A stretch of 64,000 nt of DNA from a virus (IMGVR_UViG_3300037264_003623:32001-96000); one strand, 5' to 3'; counted from the first letter of the stretch, positions 1-10,308 are shown. Program-made: numbers and translations. Notes: generated from the letters alone by a model not told the origin.

Positions 1-216
1 AGGCTGTTCCGGTTCCCTGACGTGGTCAAGGCGTCCCTGTTCGTCAGGTGGCTCGACGTGGAGGGGGTCAGCGTCAGGGCATGGGTCGGCCCCTTCGTGC
101 GCGTGCGGATCGGGGAGGGCCGGAGAATCAGGATCGAGGTTTGGGCGAAGGGGTACGGCGGGACGCCCATCGGGGAGTGGGGGGAGCCTGTGCCGTCGGT
201 ATGGAGGGGTATCGCG

Positions 217-693
217 ATGTCTACGGCGGAATCGAAGACGAAGACCGAGTGGGCCTACCTTGTGGACAAGGGTGGGGAGGGTGAGTGGACGGTCCGCAAG
301 GTGGACCTCTCCGCCCCGGACCAGGTCGTGGCCGAGCACAGGGTGCTGGCGGGCCGCTGCGATTGTGAAGGATTCGGCCGGTCGCAGGACCTCCGGTGCA
401 GGCACACCGACATGGTGCTCACCAACCCGACGATCACGGACCACAAGACCGCCCGGAAGGCCGCCGCTGAGGTGATTTCCATGTGGGGGGACCGGTTCGA
501 CCGGCTCATCTTCGACGACTACGTGGAGTTCGATCCCGCTGATGGCGACGTGTTTGCGGCCCCGGGCGAGGAGGCGGGGGTCAGGGCGGTGAGGCTGATG
601 GCGAAGGGGGAGCCCATCAGGTCCAAAGGGAAGGAGTACCGGCGGGTGTTCTGCGTCCGCCGGAAGGTGCAGGTCATCGTGGATGTCTCATGA
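217..693 (+). CDS. SWIM-type zinc finger protein
   Basis: RCDCEGF...CRH fits CxC..CxH; GGAGG upstream of ATG 217. Confidence 0.6.
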   Translation: MSTAESKTKTEWAYLVDKGGEGEWTVRKVDLSAPDQVVAEHRVLAGRCDCEGFGRSQDLRCRHTDMVLTNPTITDHKTARKAAAEVISMWGDRFDRLIFDDYVEFDPADGDVFAAPGEEAGVRAVRLMAKGEPIRSKGKEYRRVFCVRRKVQVIVDVS

Positions 694-701
694 GGTGAAA
701 C

Positions 702-1085
702 ATGAAGAAGGGTCAGAAGCGCGGCGGTGCCGCAAAGCCTCCGGTGGTTCGCATGACAGCGGCCAGGTACGTGAACGAGAAGTACGGCGAGAAGGGTCTT
801 CGCGCCCTTCGGGCGATGGGCCCCGACTTCGCCAGGGATCTTCAGGACGAGATCCTGATCGTCAGGAAGCGGGGGGTACTTTCGGCCAGGAGGGACAGGG
901 CGATGGCTGCCCTGCGGAACATCGAGGTGTTGATCGAGGACATTCCCGACGGGGATGGGACCCTTTTCCGCAAGATCCAGACCGTCATTGACGCTCTGCC
1001 TGACATCATCAAGGAGAAGCCGAAGGCGGAGGAGGAGGCGAAGGCCGCCGAGCCCGTCGAGGTCAGCGCCCAGAGTGGGGGATAG
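702..1085 (+). CDS. hypothetical protein
   Basis: GAGGTG RBS, GC3-biased ORF. Confidence 0.7.
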   Translation: MKKGQKRGGAAKPPVVRMTAARYVNEKYGEKGLRALRAMGPDFARDLQDEILIVRKRGVLSARRDRAMAALRNIEVLIEDIPDGDGTLFRKIQTVIDALPDIIKEKPKAEEEAKAAEPVEVSAQSGG

Positions 1086-1209
1086 CGGGTAGTGGCGTGG
1101 GCGCGGTGGCAAGTGGTGCCCCGACAACCCTATGGGGCCCGTAGACGCCGTTACCAAATGGCTGCCGAGGACCGGGCTTGGGGGCACCGCCATTTTTTCG
1201 AGGTGAGTC

Positions 1210-1608
1210 ATGGGCGAGGAACTCCCGCCCCAGCATCCGCAGAACGTCCCGTTGAAGCCGCCTTCCCCGAGGCCAGAGGAGAATCTGGCCTTATACTCGG
1301 CTGTCTGCTCGATCTTCCACCTGCTTGACAGCCAACAGGTCTGCATCTCCCTCGACTACCCGAGGCTGGTGCAGTGGTACAGGGAGCGGATCGGGATTCC
1401 CATTACACTGGCGGCCTGGGAAGAGGTGGAGAGGACGATTCTGTTCCGGCTGGATGAGGTGAAACCATTCCTTCAGAAGAAGGGGAAGCCGATCCACGTC
1501 AGGATCATCGGTCCCCTGTCAGCATGGGAGGGGATGCGCCTCTATCGGATGTTCTATCCCCATGCGGAGAAGGTGTATCTCGTGGGGGAGGCGGTCATCG
1601 AGGTCTGA
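1210..1608 (+). CDS. hypothetical protein
   Basis: GAGGTG RBS, ORF. Confidence 0.65.
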   Translation: MGEELPPQHPQNVPLKPPSPRPEENLALYSAVCSIFHLLDSQQVCISLDYPRLVQWYRERIGIPITLAAWEEVERTILFRLDEVKPFLQKKGKPIHVRIIGPLSAWEGMRLYRMFYPHAEKVYLVGEAVIEV

Positions 1609-1732
1609 CATGATCGAGGGGGTCAACGAGGGAAGAAGCGATTCAATGTAGGGAATTGTGGGATATCGAAAACGGGGCGACTCTTTGCATTGATTGTCAC
1701 GAAAACAGATACCTTTGCTTTGGAGAAGAAGC

Positions 1733-2098
1733 ATGAAAGTTGCAAAGGAGATGGTACAGCAAAACCAAGACAAGGAGAGTCTTGCCAAGGAACTCGAAAT
1801 GCTTGCTGGAGAAGCAAAGGGTATCAGCAAGGAGATCGACCGGATCAAACGGAAACTCCTCCCGCTCATGAGCCTGGGCGAGCGCATCGGCCTCGTCGAG
1901 AAGTCCCAGCGCGAGTCGCTCGACGTCTCCGAGGAGATGCTCGCGGCCCTGGAGGTGGAGCTGGGTTCGGAGGTGGTCCGCAAGGAGCTGAACACCTCGT
2001 GGCTCAGGGAGAGGATGGCGGAGGACACGACCCTCGACAAGCGCATCCCGCGCAAGGCTGGGGACCCGTTTCTCACGGTCGGGGAGAAGAAGTCGTGA
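1733..2098 (+). CDS. hypothetical coiled-coil protein
   Basis: ATG 1733 after GGAG; stop overlaps next GTG. Confidence 0.65.
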   Translation: MKVAKEMVQQNQDKESLAKELEMLAGEAKGISKEIDRIKRKLLPLMSLGERIGLVEKSQRESLDVSEEMLAALEVELGSEVVRKELNTSWLRERMAEDTTLDKRIPRKAGDPFLTVGEKKS

Positions 2099-2538
2099 TC
2101 GTCGAGGTTTACCTCCTAGTCAACATCCATGGCACGAAGACCAAGCAGTGGGTCGTCGTGGGCGCGGGCAGAGCGTTCCCCGAGGTCATCGCCAATCTGG
2201 AGGTGGCGAAGAGGATGGCGTGGCTCCTCGGGCGGGCGACCTCGCTGAAATCCGACATCGGCGTGAAGGACCGGGAGAAGGCGTGGAAGGACGCCGAGAA
2301 GGCGCTCGTCGGGGAGATCAAGAGGTCCATCTCCGTCGAGAAGAGCAAGTGCCCGCAGGGCAGGATGTGGACCGGGATGGACGACATCGGATTCACGGCG
2401 TGCGTCAGGTGCCTGCACCTGAGGGAGGACAGGGATCGGTTCAGGGTTGCCCCGGAAATGGGCACGGGCGTACCCGCGTGGGAGTGCGGGGCGATCCTCC
2501 AGGAGGTCCGGGTGGCTCGCAAGCTCGCGGACAGGTAG
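2095..2538 (+). CDS. Cys-rich hypothetical protein with C-terminal VARKLAD tag
   Basis: GTGA coupling to upstream gene; CxxC; ends EVRVARKLADR. Confidence 0.65.
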   Translation: MIVEVYLLVNIHGTKTKQWVVVGAGRAFPEVIANLEVAKRMAWLLGRATSLKSDIGVKDREKAWKDAEKALVGEIKRSISVEKSKCPQGRMWTGMDDIGFTACVRCLHLREDRDRFRVAPEMGTGVPAWECGAILQEVRVARKLADR

Positions 2539-2541
2539 GGC

Positions 2542-2880
2542 ATGGCGAACAATGGCTGGTACAAGACGGGCTGCATGCCCAAGGAAGATCCGGCCACCGA
2601 CAAGCAGCTCTGGTTCATCAGGAAGTACCACGAGGCGGTCCTCGACGTGCTGGAGCCGGAGGAGCGGGTCTCCGTCGAGCTGATGGGGTTCCAGGAGTGG
2701 ATGGGGACCCTCACCAAGGCGGAGGCGTCGGGGGTCATCGGGATTCTGAAAGGCGAAACTGTGGCCCACGCGGTGTCCAGGAGCACCGAGGTTGGATCGC
2801 GGATGGTCGCCATGTCGATCGAAAAGAAGCCCAGTAGGAAGTGGTTCGACACCGGAATGACAAGGAGGAAAAGGTCATGA
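2542..2880 (+). CDS. hypothetical protein (PATDKQLWFI motif)
   Basis: ORF coupled to neighbours. Confidence 0.65.
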   Translation: MANNGWYKTGCMPKEDPATDKQLWFIRKYHEAVLDVLEPEERVSVELMGFQEWMGTLTKAEASGVIGILKGETVAHAVSRSTEVGSRMVAMSIEKKPSRKWFDTGMTRRKRS

Positions 2881-3317
2881 CGAAGAGGATCATCAGGGAC
2901 GCTGAGGTGGCCGAGTTCCTGGCGTCGTTCAGGGAGAGGATACAGGGGGAGCAGGAGCGGAGCCCCGTCTGGCAGGAGCTGGTCTCGTTCCCCGGATGGG
3001 GTATGGCGAAGTTCACGCCCGAGTTGGCGAAGATTCCCATCATCCCCACGGCGGAGCTCCCAGACCCGAGGATGACCGCGCAGGGCAGGGCCGACTTCGT
3101 GAAGGGGCAAGAGGGCGCGGTCACCGACGAGGGGAAGGGTAAGCCGACTCCGGGTGCGATGACCTCCGTGGCGATGCCGGGCGGGGTCAACCCGTGGGCG
3201 GACGTCCGCAGGCCGACTGACAAGGGCCCGGTCTTCCTCGCGTCGAAGACCGACGTCCCGCCGCCGTTCCCGGGGGCGTGGGAGAAGCGCGAGGGGGGAT
3301 GGTTCAGGAAGGAGTAG
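2877..3317 (+). CDS. hypothetical protein
   Basis: AGGAGG RBS, ATGA overlap. Confidence 0.65.
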   Translation: MTKRIIRDAEVAEFLASFRERIQGEQERSPVWQELVSFPGWGMAKFTPELAKIPIIPTAELPDPRMTAQGRADFVKGQEGAVTDEGKGKPTPGAMTSVAMPGGVNPWADVRRPTDKGPVFLASKTDVPPPFPGAWEKREGGWFRKE

Positions 3318-3320
3318 ACC

Positions 3321-3491
3321 GTGCTGGAAGAACTGGGAAGCGGGATCAGCCACGGCTGGATTCCCAAGATCATCTTCGGGATGGGGATCGCCTTCCTCGC
3401 TGCGGGGCTGGTGAGAGAAGAGGATTGGCTGATGGTCGCCGGGACGTTGATGATTACGGGCGGAGCGATCTTGAAGTGGGAGAAGGAGTGA
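3321..3491 (+). CDS. small membrane protein (two predicted TM helices)
   Basis: 56 aa, below ORF-track cutoff; IIFGMGIAFLAAGLV and WLMVAGTLMITGGAIL; GGAG RBS. Confidence 0.6.
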   Translation: MLEELGSGISHGWIPKIIFGMGIAFLAAGLVREEDWLMVAGTLMITGGAILKWEKE

Positions 3492-3664
3492 CCCATGCCC
3501 GGCAGGGAAGACCTTATCGACGCCAAGCGCAGGCTATACGTCGAGCTTCTCAAGATGCAGCCCGACCAGGCAACCGACTCTGACCTGGAGCTGATGACTG
3601 CCCTCATGAAGGACGCGGGCATCCAGAGGATTCTCGACAAGCGGCTGAAGGAAAGGTCAGGGCC

Positions 3665-4111
3665 ATGCCCTACGAATCAGTAAGCTCGAATTGCTACAGG
3701 ACGGGGCAGCAGAACTGCCACATCTGCGAGAACGCGGACTGCGGCGACAACACAACCCCAGACATCGTCAGGCTAAGGGAAGATCTGGCGGCTGCTCAGA
3801 AGGAGCGCGAGGAGATCATCCGGGCCGCGAAGCACTCTACTACCGACCCGAAACTTGCGGCAGCCAACGTAGTGATCAAGAACATGAAGCAGGATCTCAA
3901 GATCGCCAAGGAGATGCTGAAGCGGGCGGAGAAGCAGCGGGACGAGATCGCGGACGAGTGCCAGAAGATGGGGGCGCGGCTCGACGAGATGGAGAAGGTG
4001 GTGGTCGAGGCACTCGTCACGTTCGGTGGGAAGACAATCCCCCTGAAGGAGATGGTTGACGCGGTGAAGACGGCCAAAATTATCGGGAAAAGCCTTGACG
4101 AAAGCAAGTAA
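3665..4111 (+). CDS. Cys-motif plus coiled-coil protein
   Basis: CHICENADCGDN followed by heptad repeats. Confidence 0.6.
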   Translation: MPYESVSSNCYRTGQQNCHICENADCGDNTTPDIVRLREDLAAAQKEREEIIRAAKHSTTDPKLAAANVVIKNMKQDLKIAKEMLKRAEKQRDEIADECQKMGARLDEMEKVVVEALVTFGGKTIPLKEMVDAVKTAKIIGKSLDESK

Positions 4112-4122
4112 TCAGATATAAT
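4095..4122 (+). promoter_or_regulatory. sigma70-type promoter TTGACG-N16-TATAAT
   Basis: Member of the repeated promoter family. Confidence 0.8.
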
Positions 4123-4148
4123 AAAGGCGTCGAGTAAGTGAGGCGGTC

Positions 4149-4880
4149 GTGAAGATCGTGGACGGAAGGATCGTGGTCCTTGATCTGATAGCGGGGAGCC
4201 ACCTCTACGGGACCAACACGCCGGAGTCGGACGTGGACCTGCGCGGGGTGGTCCTCCCGAAGCCCGAGGAGATCATCGGCCTCGCCCGGTTCGAGCAGCA
4301 GGAGAAGCACGGGGGCGAGGATACCCTGTACTACTCCCTCCCGCGGTACATCCAGCTCCTTCTGAAGGGGAATCCCAACGTCATGGAGTGGATGCACGCA
4401 GACAAGAACGACTATCTCGTATGGGGGAAGATCCCCGCTGAGTTGTGGGCGAACCGGGACCGGTTCCTCTCCAAAAAGCTCGGCCTCGCGGCCCTGGGCT
4501 ACCTCAATGGGATGACCAAGAACATGCACTTCGGTGGGCCTACGCGGGACCTCGGGGCGAAGCGGAAGGCTCTTGTAGAGAAGTATCATTACGACACGAA
4601 GAACGCCGGGCATGCGGTCAGGATGGCCCGGGAGATCGCGGAGCTCTTCGAGACGGGCATCTTCAACGTCAAGAGGACGAAGGACCGGGAGGAGCTGATC
4701 GCCATTCGCAACGGCTCTCTCACCCTGGAGCAGGCGGAGGAGCTGATCGCCAGGGAGACCGAGCACGCTGAGCATGCGTTCGAGTTCAACTGGGCTGGCA
4801 TCGCCGAGAAGCCTGACACGGCCTGGGCGAACGACTTCCTCATGAGGGTCCAGAAGGCCATCGTCGTCGGGGAGGCGTAG
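4149..4880 (+). CDS. Pol-beta superfamily nucleotidyltransferase (RlaP/YcgL-like)
   Basis: GSHLYGTNTPESDVDLRG (GS..DxD); LLKGNPNVME; YDTKNAGHAVR. Confidence 0.85.
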   Translation: MKIVDGRIVVLDLIAGSHLYGTNTPESDVDLRGVVLPKPEEIIGLARFEQQEKHGGEDTLYYSLPRYIQLLLKGNPNVMEWMHADKNDYLVWGKIPAELWANRDRFLSKKLGLAALGYLNGMTKNMHFGGPTRDLGAKRKALVEKYHYDTKNAGHAVRMAREIAELFETGIFNVKRTKDREELIAIRNGSLTLEQAEELIARETEHAEHAFEFNWAGIAEKPDTAWANDFLMRVQKAIVVGEA

Positions 4881-4884
4881 CTAA

Positions 4885-5352
4885 ATGCCGAGGTACGCAA
4901 GTCAGACGGAAGTGACCGTTGACCGTTCGAGGTCTGAGATCGAGCGGACCTTGGCCCGGTATGGAGCTGACCAGTTCATCTACGGATGGAACGCCAAAGG
5001 CGCGACGGTGGGCTTCCGCATGTGCGGTCGGATGATCCGATTCAACCTTGTGCTTCCGCCCAAGGACAACGAGGCGTTCACGAGGACGCCGGGGGGCAGG
5101 CGGGAGCGAAGCTCCGAGGCGGCCCTCGTAGTTTGGGAGCAGGCATGCAGGCAACGGTGGAGGGCACTCGCCCTGGTCATCAAGGCGAAGTTGGAGGCGG
5201 TTGAATCCGGGATCACCACGTTCGAGGATGAGTTCCTCGGGGCAACCCTTCTTCCCGATGGGAAGACGGTTGCGGAGTCAATCGGGGGCCAAATCACAGA
5301 TGCGTACAGGTCGGGCAATGTCCCGAAATTGCTCCCGATGCTGGAGGGATAG
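4885..5352 (+). CDS. conserved phage hypothetical protein
   Basis: QRWRALALVIKAKLEAVESGITTFEDEFL, a motif familiar from phage proteins. Confidence 0.75.
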   Translation: MPRYASQTEVTVDRSRSEIERTLARYGADQFIYGWNAKGATVGFRMCGRMIRFNLVLPPKDNEAFTRTPGGRRERSSEAALVVWEQACRQRWRALALVIKAKLEAVESGITTFEDEFLGATLLPDGKTVAESIGGQITDAYRSGNVPKLLPMLEG

Positions 5353-5625
5353 ATGCAGTTCCGCGTCATCGATACGAAGACGGGCAAGGAGCCCGACCTG
5401 GAACAGATCGCCATCAACGAGGACTGGGCGAAGCGCCTCATGTACTGCGACATGGAGGGCTTCGCCGTTGAGGACGATGGCACCCTGCTTTTGCTCGACG
5501 AATGCGGGAACTTCGCCTACTGCCCGCCGGGCCGGTTCAAGGTGGTTCCCGACTTCTCCGCCCTGGTGGAGGCCAAGGAGGTCGGAGAGATCATGGGGGC
5601 GGACGATGAGAAAGTCGGGCGATAG
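5353..5625 (+). CDS. hypothetical protein
   Basis: TAGATG coupling. Confidence 0.65.
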   Translation: MQFRVIDTKTGKEPDLEQIAINEDWAKRLMYCDMEGFAVEDDGTLLLLDECGNFAYCPPGRFKVVPDFSALVEAKEVGEIMGADDEKVGR

Positions 5626-5783
5626 GGTCGGGGCTATGTCGCACCAGGAGGAAGGGACATCTTCGTCACCCCCGAGGTGAGGGAGATGATCGAGGTCGCC
5701 GCGGTGGGGAGGGAGGGTGCGGCCGGATGAGGACGTAGGACCGACGGATGGTAGAATGGGTCTGACTTGGGGCGGAGGTTTCC

Positions 5784-6335
5784 ATGAAGAAGTGCCCGGT
5801 GTGTGGCAAGGACAAGAGCGAGTTCGAGATGCGGCCCCTGGTGAATGTCGAGGAGCTGGCGGTCGGGGACGCAATGAGCGACCAGGACTCGAAGCAGGAC
5901 GTGGGCGGGGCGAAGGTCCACGTCGTCTGCCGGTCGTGCTGGCTCGCCCTCCTGGATGGCAAGTCCAAGGCCGAGATCATGGAGCTCCTGGAGACGATCT
6001 GCGGCATCCTCTTCGAGGTCGCGAGGGAGAGGCGGGAGAAGGGTCTCTGGGCCGAGCCCGCCGTCCTGATCGAGAAGATGAGTACGTTTCCCCATCCCAT
6101 CATGCCCATGCTCGCCGTAAGCCCGTGCTGCCCCACGCTCATTCCTTTTCCTGGATCGACCGGGGATATCCAGATTTCCGACGGGACCCACCGAGGCAAC
6201 TTCCTCATCAATAACATCTCGGAATCGGGGGTGGGAAACAACATGTCCATCAGGAATCTCGCCGCCCAGTGGGGCGATATGATGTTCGAGTCAGACGACG
6301 GGGAGGCGTGGTCCTCCAACAAGAAGTCGAGGTAG
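5784..6335 (+). CDS. zinc-finger hypothetical protein
   Basis: CPVC...CRSC; GGAGG RBS. Confidence 0.6.
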   Translation: MKKCPVCGKDKSEFEMRPLVNVEELAVGDAMSDQDSKQDVGGAKVHVVCRSCWLALLDGKSKAEIMELLETICGILFEVARERREKGLWAEPAVLIEKMSTFPHPIMPMLAVSPCCPTLIPFPGSTGDIQISDGTHRGNFLINNISESGVGNNMSIRNLAAQWGDMMFESDDGEAWSSNKKSR

Positions 6336-6337
6336 GC

Positions 6338-7693
6338 ATGGCCGAGCCGAAGGAATGGAAACCTGTTCTCAGGGAGGCGTTCCACCCGCCGCACGCGCAG
6401 GACGAGCTGGCCCTGGTGGAGCTGGGCGTCCCCTTCCACGAGCAGCGGTCGTTCGAGAAGCAGGTCCCGAGCTGGCGCTGGCCCCTGTGGGGGGTCGCCA
6501 TCGAGGAGATCGTCGGGAAGGAAGGCTCTGGGTGGAAGAGGGGGAAGACGATCGGGCTGTACGGGGAGAGGCCCCCCGTGTTCGCCCCGGTCGATGTGGC
6601 CCTGGGCAAGACCAGGATGGTCTCCGGGGAGCTGGCTGGGGTCGTCTCCTACAAGGACGCTAAGGGGAACCCGCAGAAGTTCGTCATGGTCGTGGAGCCT
6701 CAGTTCAAGACTGTCAAGGTCGCCCTCATGGGGAAGGCGGACCAGACGCAAGACGCGGAGCGCCTGTTCTCCGAGATTGCGAAGTGGACCGCGGAGCACA
6801 ACTTCTACAAGGGACAGAAGATCGACGCGACGGGGAAGTTCCTCGACCTTTCCGACATCGAGGAGGCCGACCTGATCTTGGCCGAGAAGACCAAGCACGA
6901 CATCTTCTTCAACGTCAAGACCATGGTGGAGAGGTGGAGCGACTACGCGCAGTACGGCATTGCCGCGAAGCGCGGGGTCATCTTGAGCGGGCCACCTGGG
7001 TGCGGTAAGTCCATGTCCCTCAAGGTGTTGGCGAAATCCCTTCCCTGCACATTCGTGTGGGCGACGCCTATGCACGTCATGAAGGCGGATGGGTTCGTCG
7101 ACATCTACGACTTGGCGAGGGAGCTCGCGCCCACGGTCGTGCTCCTGGAGGACGTGGACGTGTACGGGCTGGATCGGCGGCTCGCCGGGACCAACCCGCT
7201 CCTGGGGGACCTCCTCAACTCGATGGATGGGCTGGTCGAGAATAAGGGTGTGGTGACCATCGCGTCGAGCAACTATGCCGAGGTTCTCGACACCGCCCTC
7301 ACCAACAGACCGGGTCGGTTCGATGTGCGGGTCGCCGTCGGATATCCCGGGCCTAAGGAGGCCGAGGCCATCATTCGCAGGTCGCTGGAGAAGCGGAAGG
7401 TCGCCTTCAAGGGCGATCCAGGGGAGATCGTCAAGCTCTCGGGTGCCCTCTCCAACGTCTCGGCCAGCGGAGCGCACGTCGCCGAGGCGGTGAACTTCGC
7501 TATGATGCTGGCTGTCGAACGTGGGCGCGGGCGCGGCGGTCGCTTGTCCGTGGATGCGACGGACCTCCAGGATGCGGTCCAGCGGATCGTGGCGGATCTC
7601 GGCCAGAACGACGCGACCGAGAAGTCCATCGTCCAGGAGAACGTCCTGAAGTGGGGCAACTGGGCTAAGGACTTGTGGAAGTCGAGGAGGTGA
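6338..7693 (+). CDS. AAA+ ATPase
   Basis: Walker A GPPGCGKS, Walker B VLLEDVD, SRH LDTALTNRPGRFD. Confidence 0.92.
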   Translation: MAEPKEWKPVLREAFHPPHAQDELALVELGVPFHEQRSFEKQVPSWRWPLWGVAIEEIVGKEGSGWKRGKTIGLYGERPPVFAPVDVALGKTRMVSGELAGVVSYKDAKGNPQKFVMVVEPQFKTVKVALMGKADQTQDAERLFSEIAKWTAEHNFYKGQKIDATGKFLDLSDIEEADLILAEKTKHDIFFNVKTMVERWSDYAQYGIAAKRGVILSGPPGCGKSMSLKVLAKSLPCTFVWATPMHVMKADGFVDIYDLARELAPTVVLLEDVDVYGLDRRLAGTNPLLGDLLNSMDGLVENKGVVTIASSNYAEVLDTALTNRPGRFDVRVAVGYPGPKEAEAIIRRSLEKRKVAFKGDPGEIVKLSGALSNVSASGAHVAEAVNFAMMLAVERGRGRGGRLSVDATDLQDAVQRIVADLGQNDATEKSIVQENVLKWGNWAKDLWKSRR

Positions 7694-7696
7694 TCC

Positions 7697-8089
7697 GTGA
7701 AGGGCCGAGTGAATGGCCGGGACAGGAAGGTTCTGCAATTCAGGCAGAATGCGGGCGAGGGGCAACCGAAGGTGGTCGTGATGCCCTCTCCCGAAGCGGT
7801 CAGGCGGGTGGCGCAGGAAGCGGCGCGCCATGACGTCGGCGAGGTCGCCAGGGTCCTCAGCGAGAAGATTTCCATGATCTTCGCCGAGGAGGTCAAGTCG
7901 GCGGTGCTCCTCAACGCCCTGATCGAGATCCTCATCCAGAAGGGTGTCTTCACCAAGGATGAGTACAAGGAGCTGGTCAAGAAGCGCGAGGAAGAGACGC
8001 AGGACCGGTACGTCAGGGCGAAGGAGGCGATCAGAAGGGGCGAGGACCCCGGCCCCATCGTCCTGGGCAAGGAAGGCGAGGGGGGGTAG
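7697..8089 (+). CDS. hypothetical protein
   Basis: GGAGG RBS, ORF. Confidence 0.7.
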   Translation: MKGRVNGRDRKVLQFRQNAGEGQPKVVVMPSPEAVRRVAQEAARHDVGEVARVLSEKISMIFAEEVKSAVLLNALIEILIQKGVFTKDEYKELVKKREEETQDRYVRAKEAIRRGEDPGPIVLGKEGEGG

Positions 8090-8818
8090 ATGCACGAGCT
8101 CTCTTCGATCTGGACGAAGGCCTTCGACAGGGCGTCTGGGGATTCGAGGAGGCTCGTCGTCAGGAGCGAGTGCGACATCCCTGTCCCGCCCGAGATCGTG
8201 GGGTGGTGGCAGGATGTGGCCGAGGATCGGGACGTCTCGGGCACCCTTCGCGTGCTGGAGTTCAATCCCAGCCTCCCGTTCGGCGAGGCCATCCAGGACG
8301 ACTCGGCGGTCGTCTACATCTCCAGGGATGAGAGGGTCATCCCCCACGTCTTCCTGAGGTCCAACGGGGCCCACGAGATACGGCACCTGGAGCAGAGGAT
8401 GAGGCCGTGGCTCGTGGACTGGTTCGTCCGCGAGAAGCTGATCCAGAACTTGCTCAAGGCGGACGGCCTGAAGAACCCCGACGCGGACTTCTTCAACCGG
8501 CACCACGAGGAGCTCCCCGACGAGGCCGACGCCTTCATGTTCGAGAAGGAGGTCGCAGGGTTCGACGCGAGACCCTTCGCGGCGGCGGTCAGGAAGGCGC
8601 TCAACGGTGGGGACGTGTGGCCCAACCCGTCGAAGTACGTCGTTCAGGTGACACGCCCCCTCGGCAGGTCGAAGACGCTGTTCGATCGGGCGCGGTCCCC
8701 GAATCAGATGGAGAAGCAGGCCAGCGACTCCTGCCCCAACGCGCCGGACGGGAAGCACGCATTCCTCTTCAACAGCCCGCAGTGCCTCAGATGCAGGAAG
8801 GTCTTCGACAGGAGGTAG
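8090..8818 (+). CDS. putative zincin metallopeptidase with C-terminal Zn ribbon
   Basis: HEIRH (HExxH), downstream EADA; C-terminal C..H..CxxC. Confidence 0.55.
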   Translation: MHELSSIWTKAFDRASGDSRRLVVRSECDIPVPPEIVGWWQDVAEDRDVSGTLRVLEFNPSLPFGEAIQDDSAVVYISRDERVIPHVFLRSNGAHEIRHLEQRMRPWLVDWFVREKLIQNLLKADGLKNPDADFFNRHHEELPDEADAFMFEKEVAGFDARPFAAAVRKALNGGDVWPNPSKYVVQVTRPLGRSKTLFDRARSPNQMEKQASDSCPNAPDGKHAFLFNSPQCLRCRKVFDRR

Positions 8819-8820
8819 CA

Positions 8821-9228
8821 GTGCAGACGAACCGCAGCCAGAGGTGGGGCAAGAACATTTCCATCTCCCTCTCGAAGGCGGACAAGCCGGACCTCAAGAA
8901 GGCGGTCATGGACTTCCTGGAGAAGAACCCGGAGCCGAGCGACGACGCATGGCACGCATGGGCGGAGAGGGAGGGGTTCGACGTCCACCAGGCGGAGGCG
9001 GTCGCCTACGCCCTGGCTGGGCGGCTCGTCAAATTCCTTCGGGGAGGGCGGTCCAAGGGAGTACGACCGACAGGGGCGTCCGATGAGGAGGTCGTACTGG
9101 GCGTCGAGATCGAGTCCGAGCATGTCGACGACGAGGAGATCCAGAGGAAGATCGCCTACGACCACCTGGAGGAGTTCGAGAACTACAACACCGAGCTTCG
9201 CGACATGGAGGAGAGGCTGAACGGGTAG
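8821..9228 (+). CDS. DUF5661-like protein
   Basis: GVEIESEH...KIAYDHLEEFENY. Confidence 0.6.
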   Translation: MQTNRSQRWGKNISISLSKADKPDLKKAVMDFLEKNPEPSDDAWHAWAEREGFDVHQAEAVAYALAGRLVKFLRGGRSKGVRPTGASDEEVVLGVEIESEHVDDEEIQRKIAYDHLEEFENYNTELRDMEERLNG

Positions 9229-9303
9229 GGGATTATCTTCCTGATCGGTTCGGATATGATGAGGGAAACCGGCGCGGGCCGGTCCTTTTGCTTTGGAGGC
9301 AAA

Positions 9304-10305
9304 ATGAACACCAAGGAAAGCAAGGTATGGGGGGCCAAGCTCGCGTCGGTCCTGGGCACCACGATCGAGAAAGGAACGCGAGAGGGTAAGAGGGAGGAGA
9401 CTCTATGCCTTGAGGAAGGCGAGGAATTGCTGACTCGCGGAGGCCCAGGTTCAGGCCATTTCGGGCATGCCGGGCGTCCCGGCGCGGTGGGTGGCAGCGT
9501 CGAGGGAGGGGTGCAGGCCGGTCGGGCCGAGGCTCCCGAGTCCCCCGAGCACTTCAAGTGGTCGGGCAAGTTCGAGATGAAGCGCAAGGCGGGGCCGGGC
9601 GTGAACCTCTCGATCATCAAGGACCCCCGCCAGCGCCACTTCGAGGTCCACGGGGCGGCTGACGCCAAGGGCAAGCCGAAGCGAGGGAAGGCCGTCATCC
9701 GGACCAACGGAGACACCATCGAGCTCGATCACGATGAGCTCCACGACCTTCGGTCGAAGATGCGCTACGTCCAGATGACGAATACCCGCGACATCCAGGA
9801 GATCGCGGGGAGGGAGATCGTCAGGGGAAACACGATCGAGGTCGAGCACAAGGGGAAGACGGTGAGGATCCCCGTGAACGAGGACACCGTCCGCGAGATT
9901 GATCGCGCCTCCCATGCCTCGAAGAAGGAGGGGTTCTCCTTCACAGGCGAGAGCAAGCGGGAGATCCACAGGGCATACGACAAGATGTCGCGGGGGAACC
10001 CGATCCACATCGTGAAGGACATGGGGTTCTCCAAGGCCGGGAAGTTCGCGGCGTTCCGGGCCTATGTGGACGGGCCGAAGCGGTCGAAGAAGGACGTGGA
10101 CCGCTTGGTCGAGAGCAAGCGCGGCGTGGTGTCGAAGTCGACGGTCCAGGCCCTTCGACGGACGGCGAAGCAGTTCTTCGAGACTAGGAAGTCGGGATGG
10201 GATGCGAGGGACGGGCGATCCGCCACGGACGCCATGAAGCACTACCAGAAGGCGGCGGCCCTGTTCTCCCGGATCGAGAAGTCGGGCGAGCGGAAGAGGA
10301 GGTGA
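9304..10305 (+). CDS. putative virion cargo protein with GGPGSGHFGHAGRPG motif
   Basis: Leader MNTKESK..IEK resembles the kinase leaders; Gly-rich motif seen in phage head-associated proteins. Confidence 0.6.
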   Translation: MNTKESKVWGAKLASVLGTTIEKGTREGKREETLCLEEGEELLTRGGPGSGHFGHAGRPGAVGGSVEGGVQAGRAEAPESPEHFKWSGKFEMKRKAGPGVNLSIIKDPRQRHFEVHGAADAKGKPKRGKAVIRTNGDTIELDHDELHDLRSKMRYVQMTNTRDIQEIAGREIVRGNTIEVEHKGKTVRIPVNEDTVREIDRASHASKKEGFSFTGESKREIHRAYDKMSRGNPIHIVKDMGFSKAGKFAAFRAYVDGPKRSKKDVDRLVESKRGVVSKSTVQALRRTAKQFFETRKSGWDARDGRSATDAMKHYQKAAALFSRIEKSGERKRR

Positions 10306-10308
10306 AAA

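Noticed and set aside
5666-8758. Long minus-strand ORFs (1030 aa here; also 10867-12948, 60075-62123 and others)
   Set aside because: Shadows of GC3-rich plus-strand genes with no recognisable motifs
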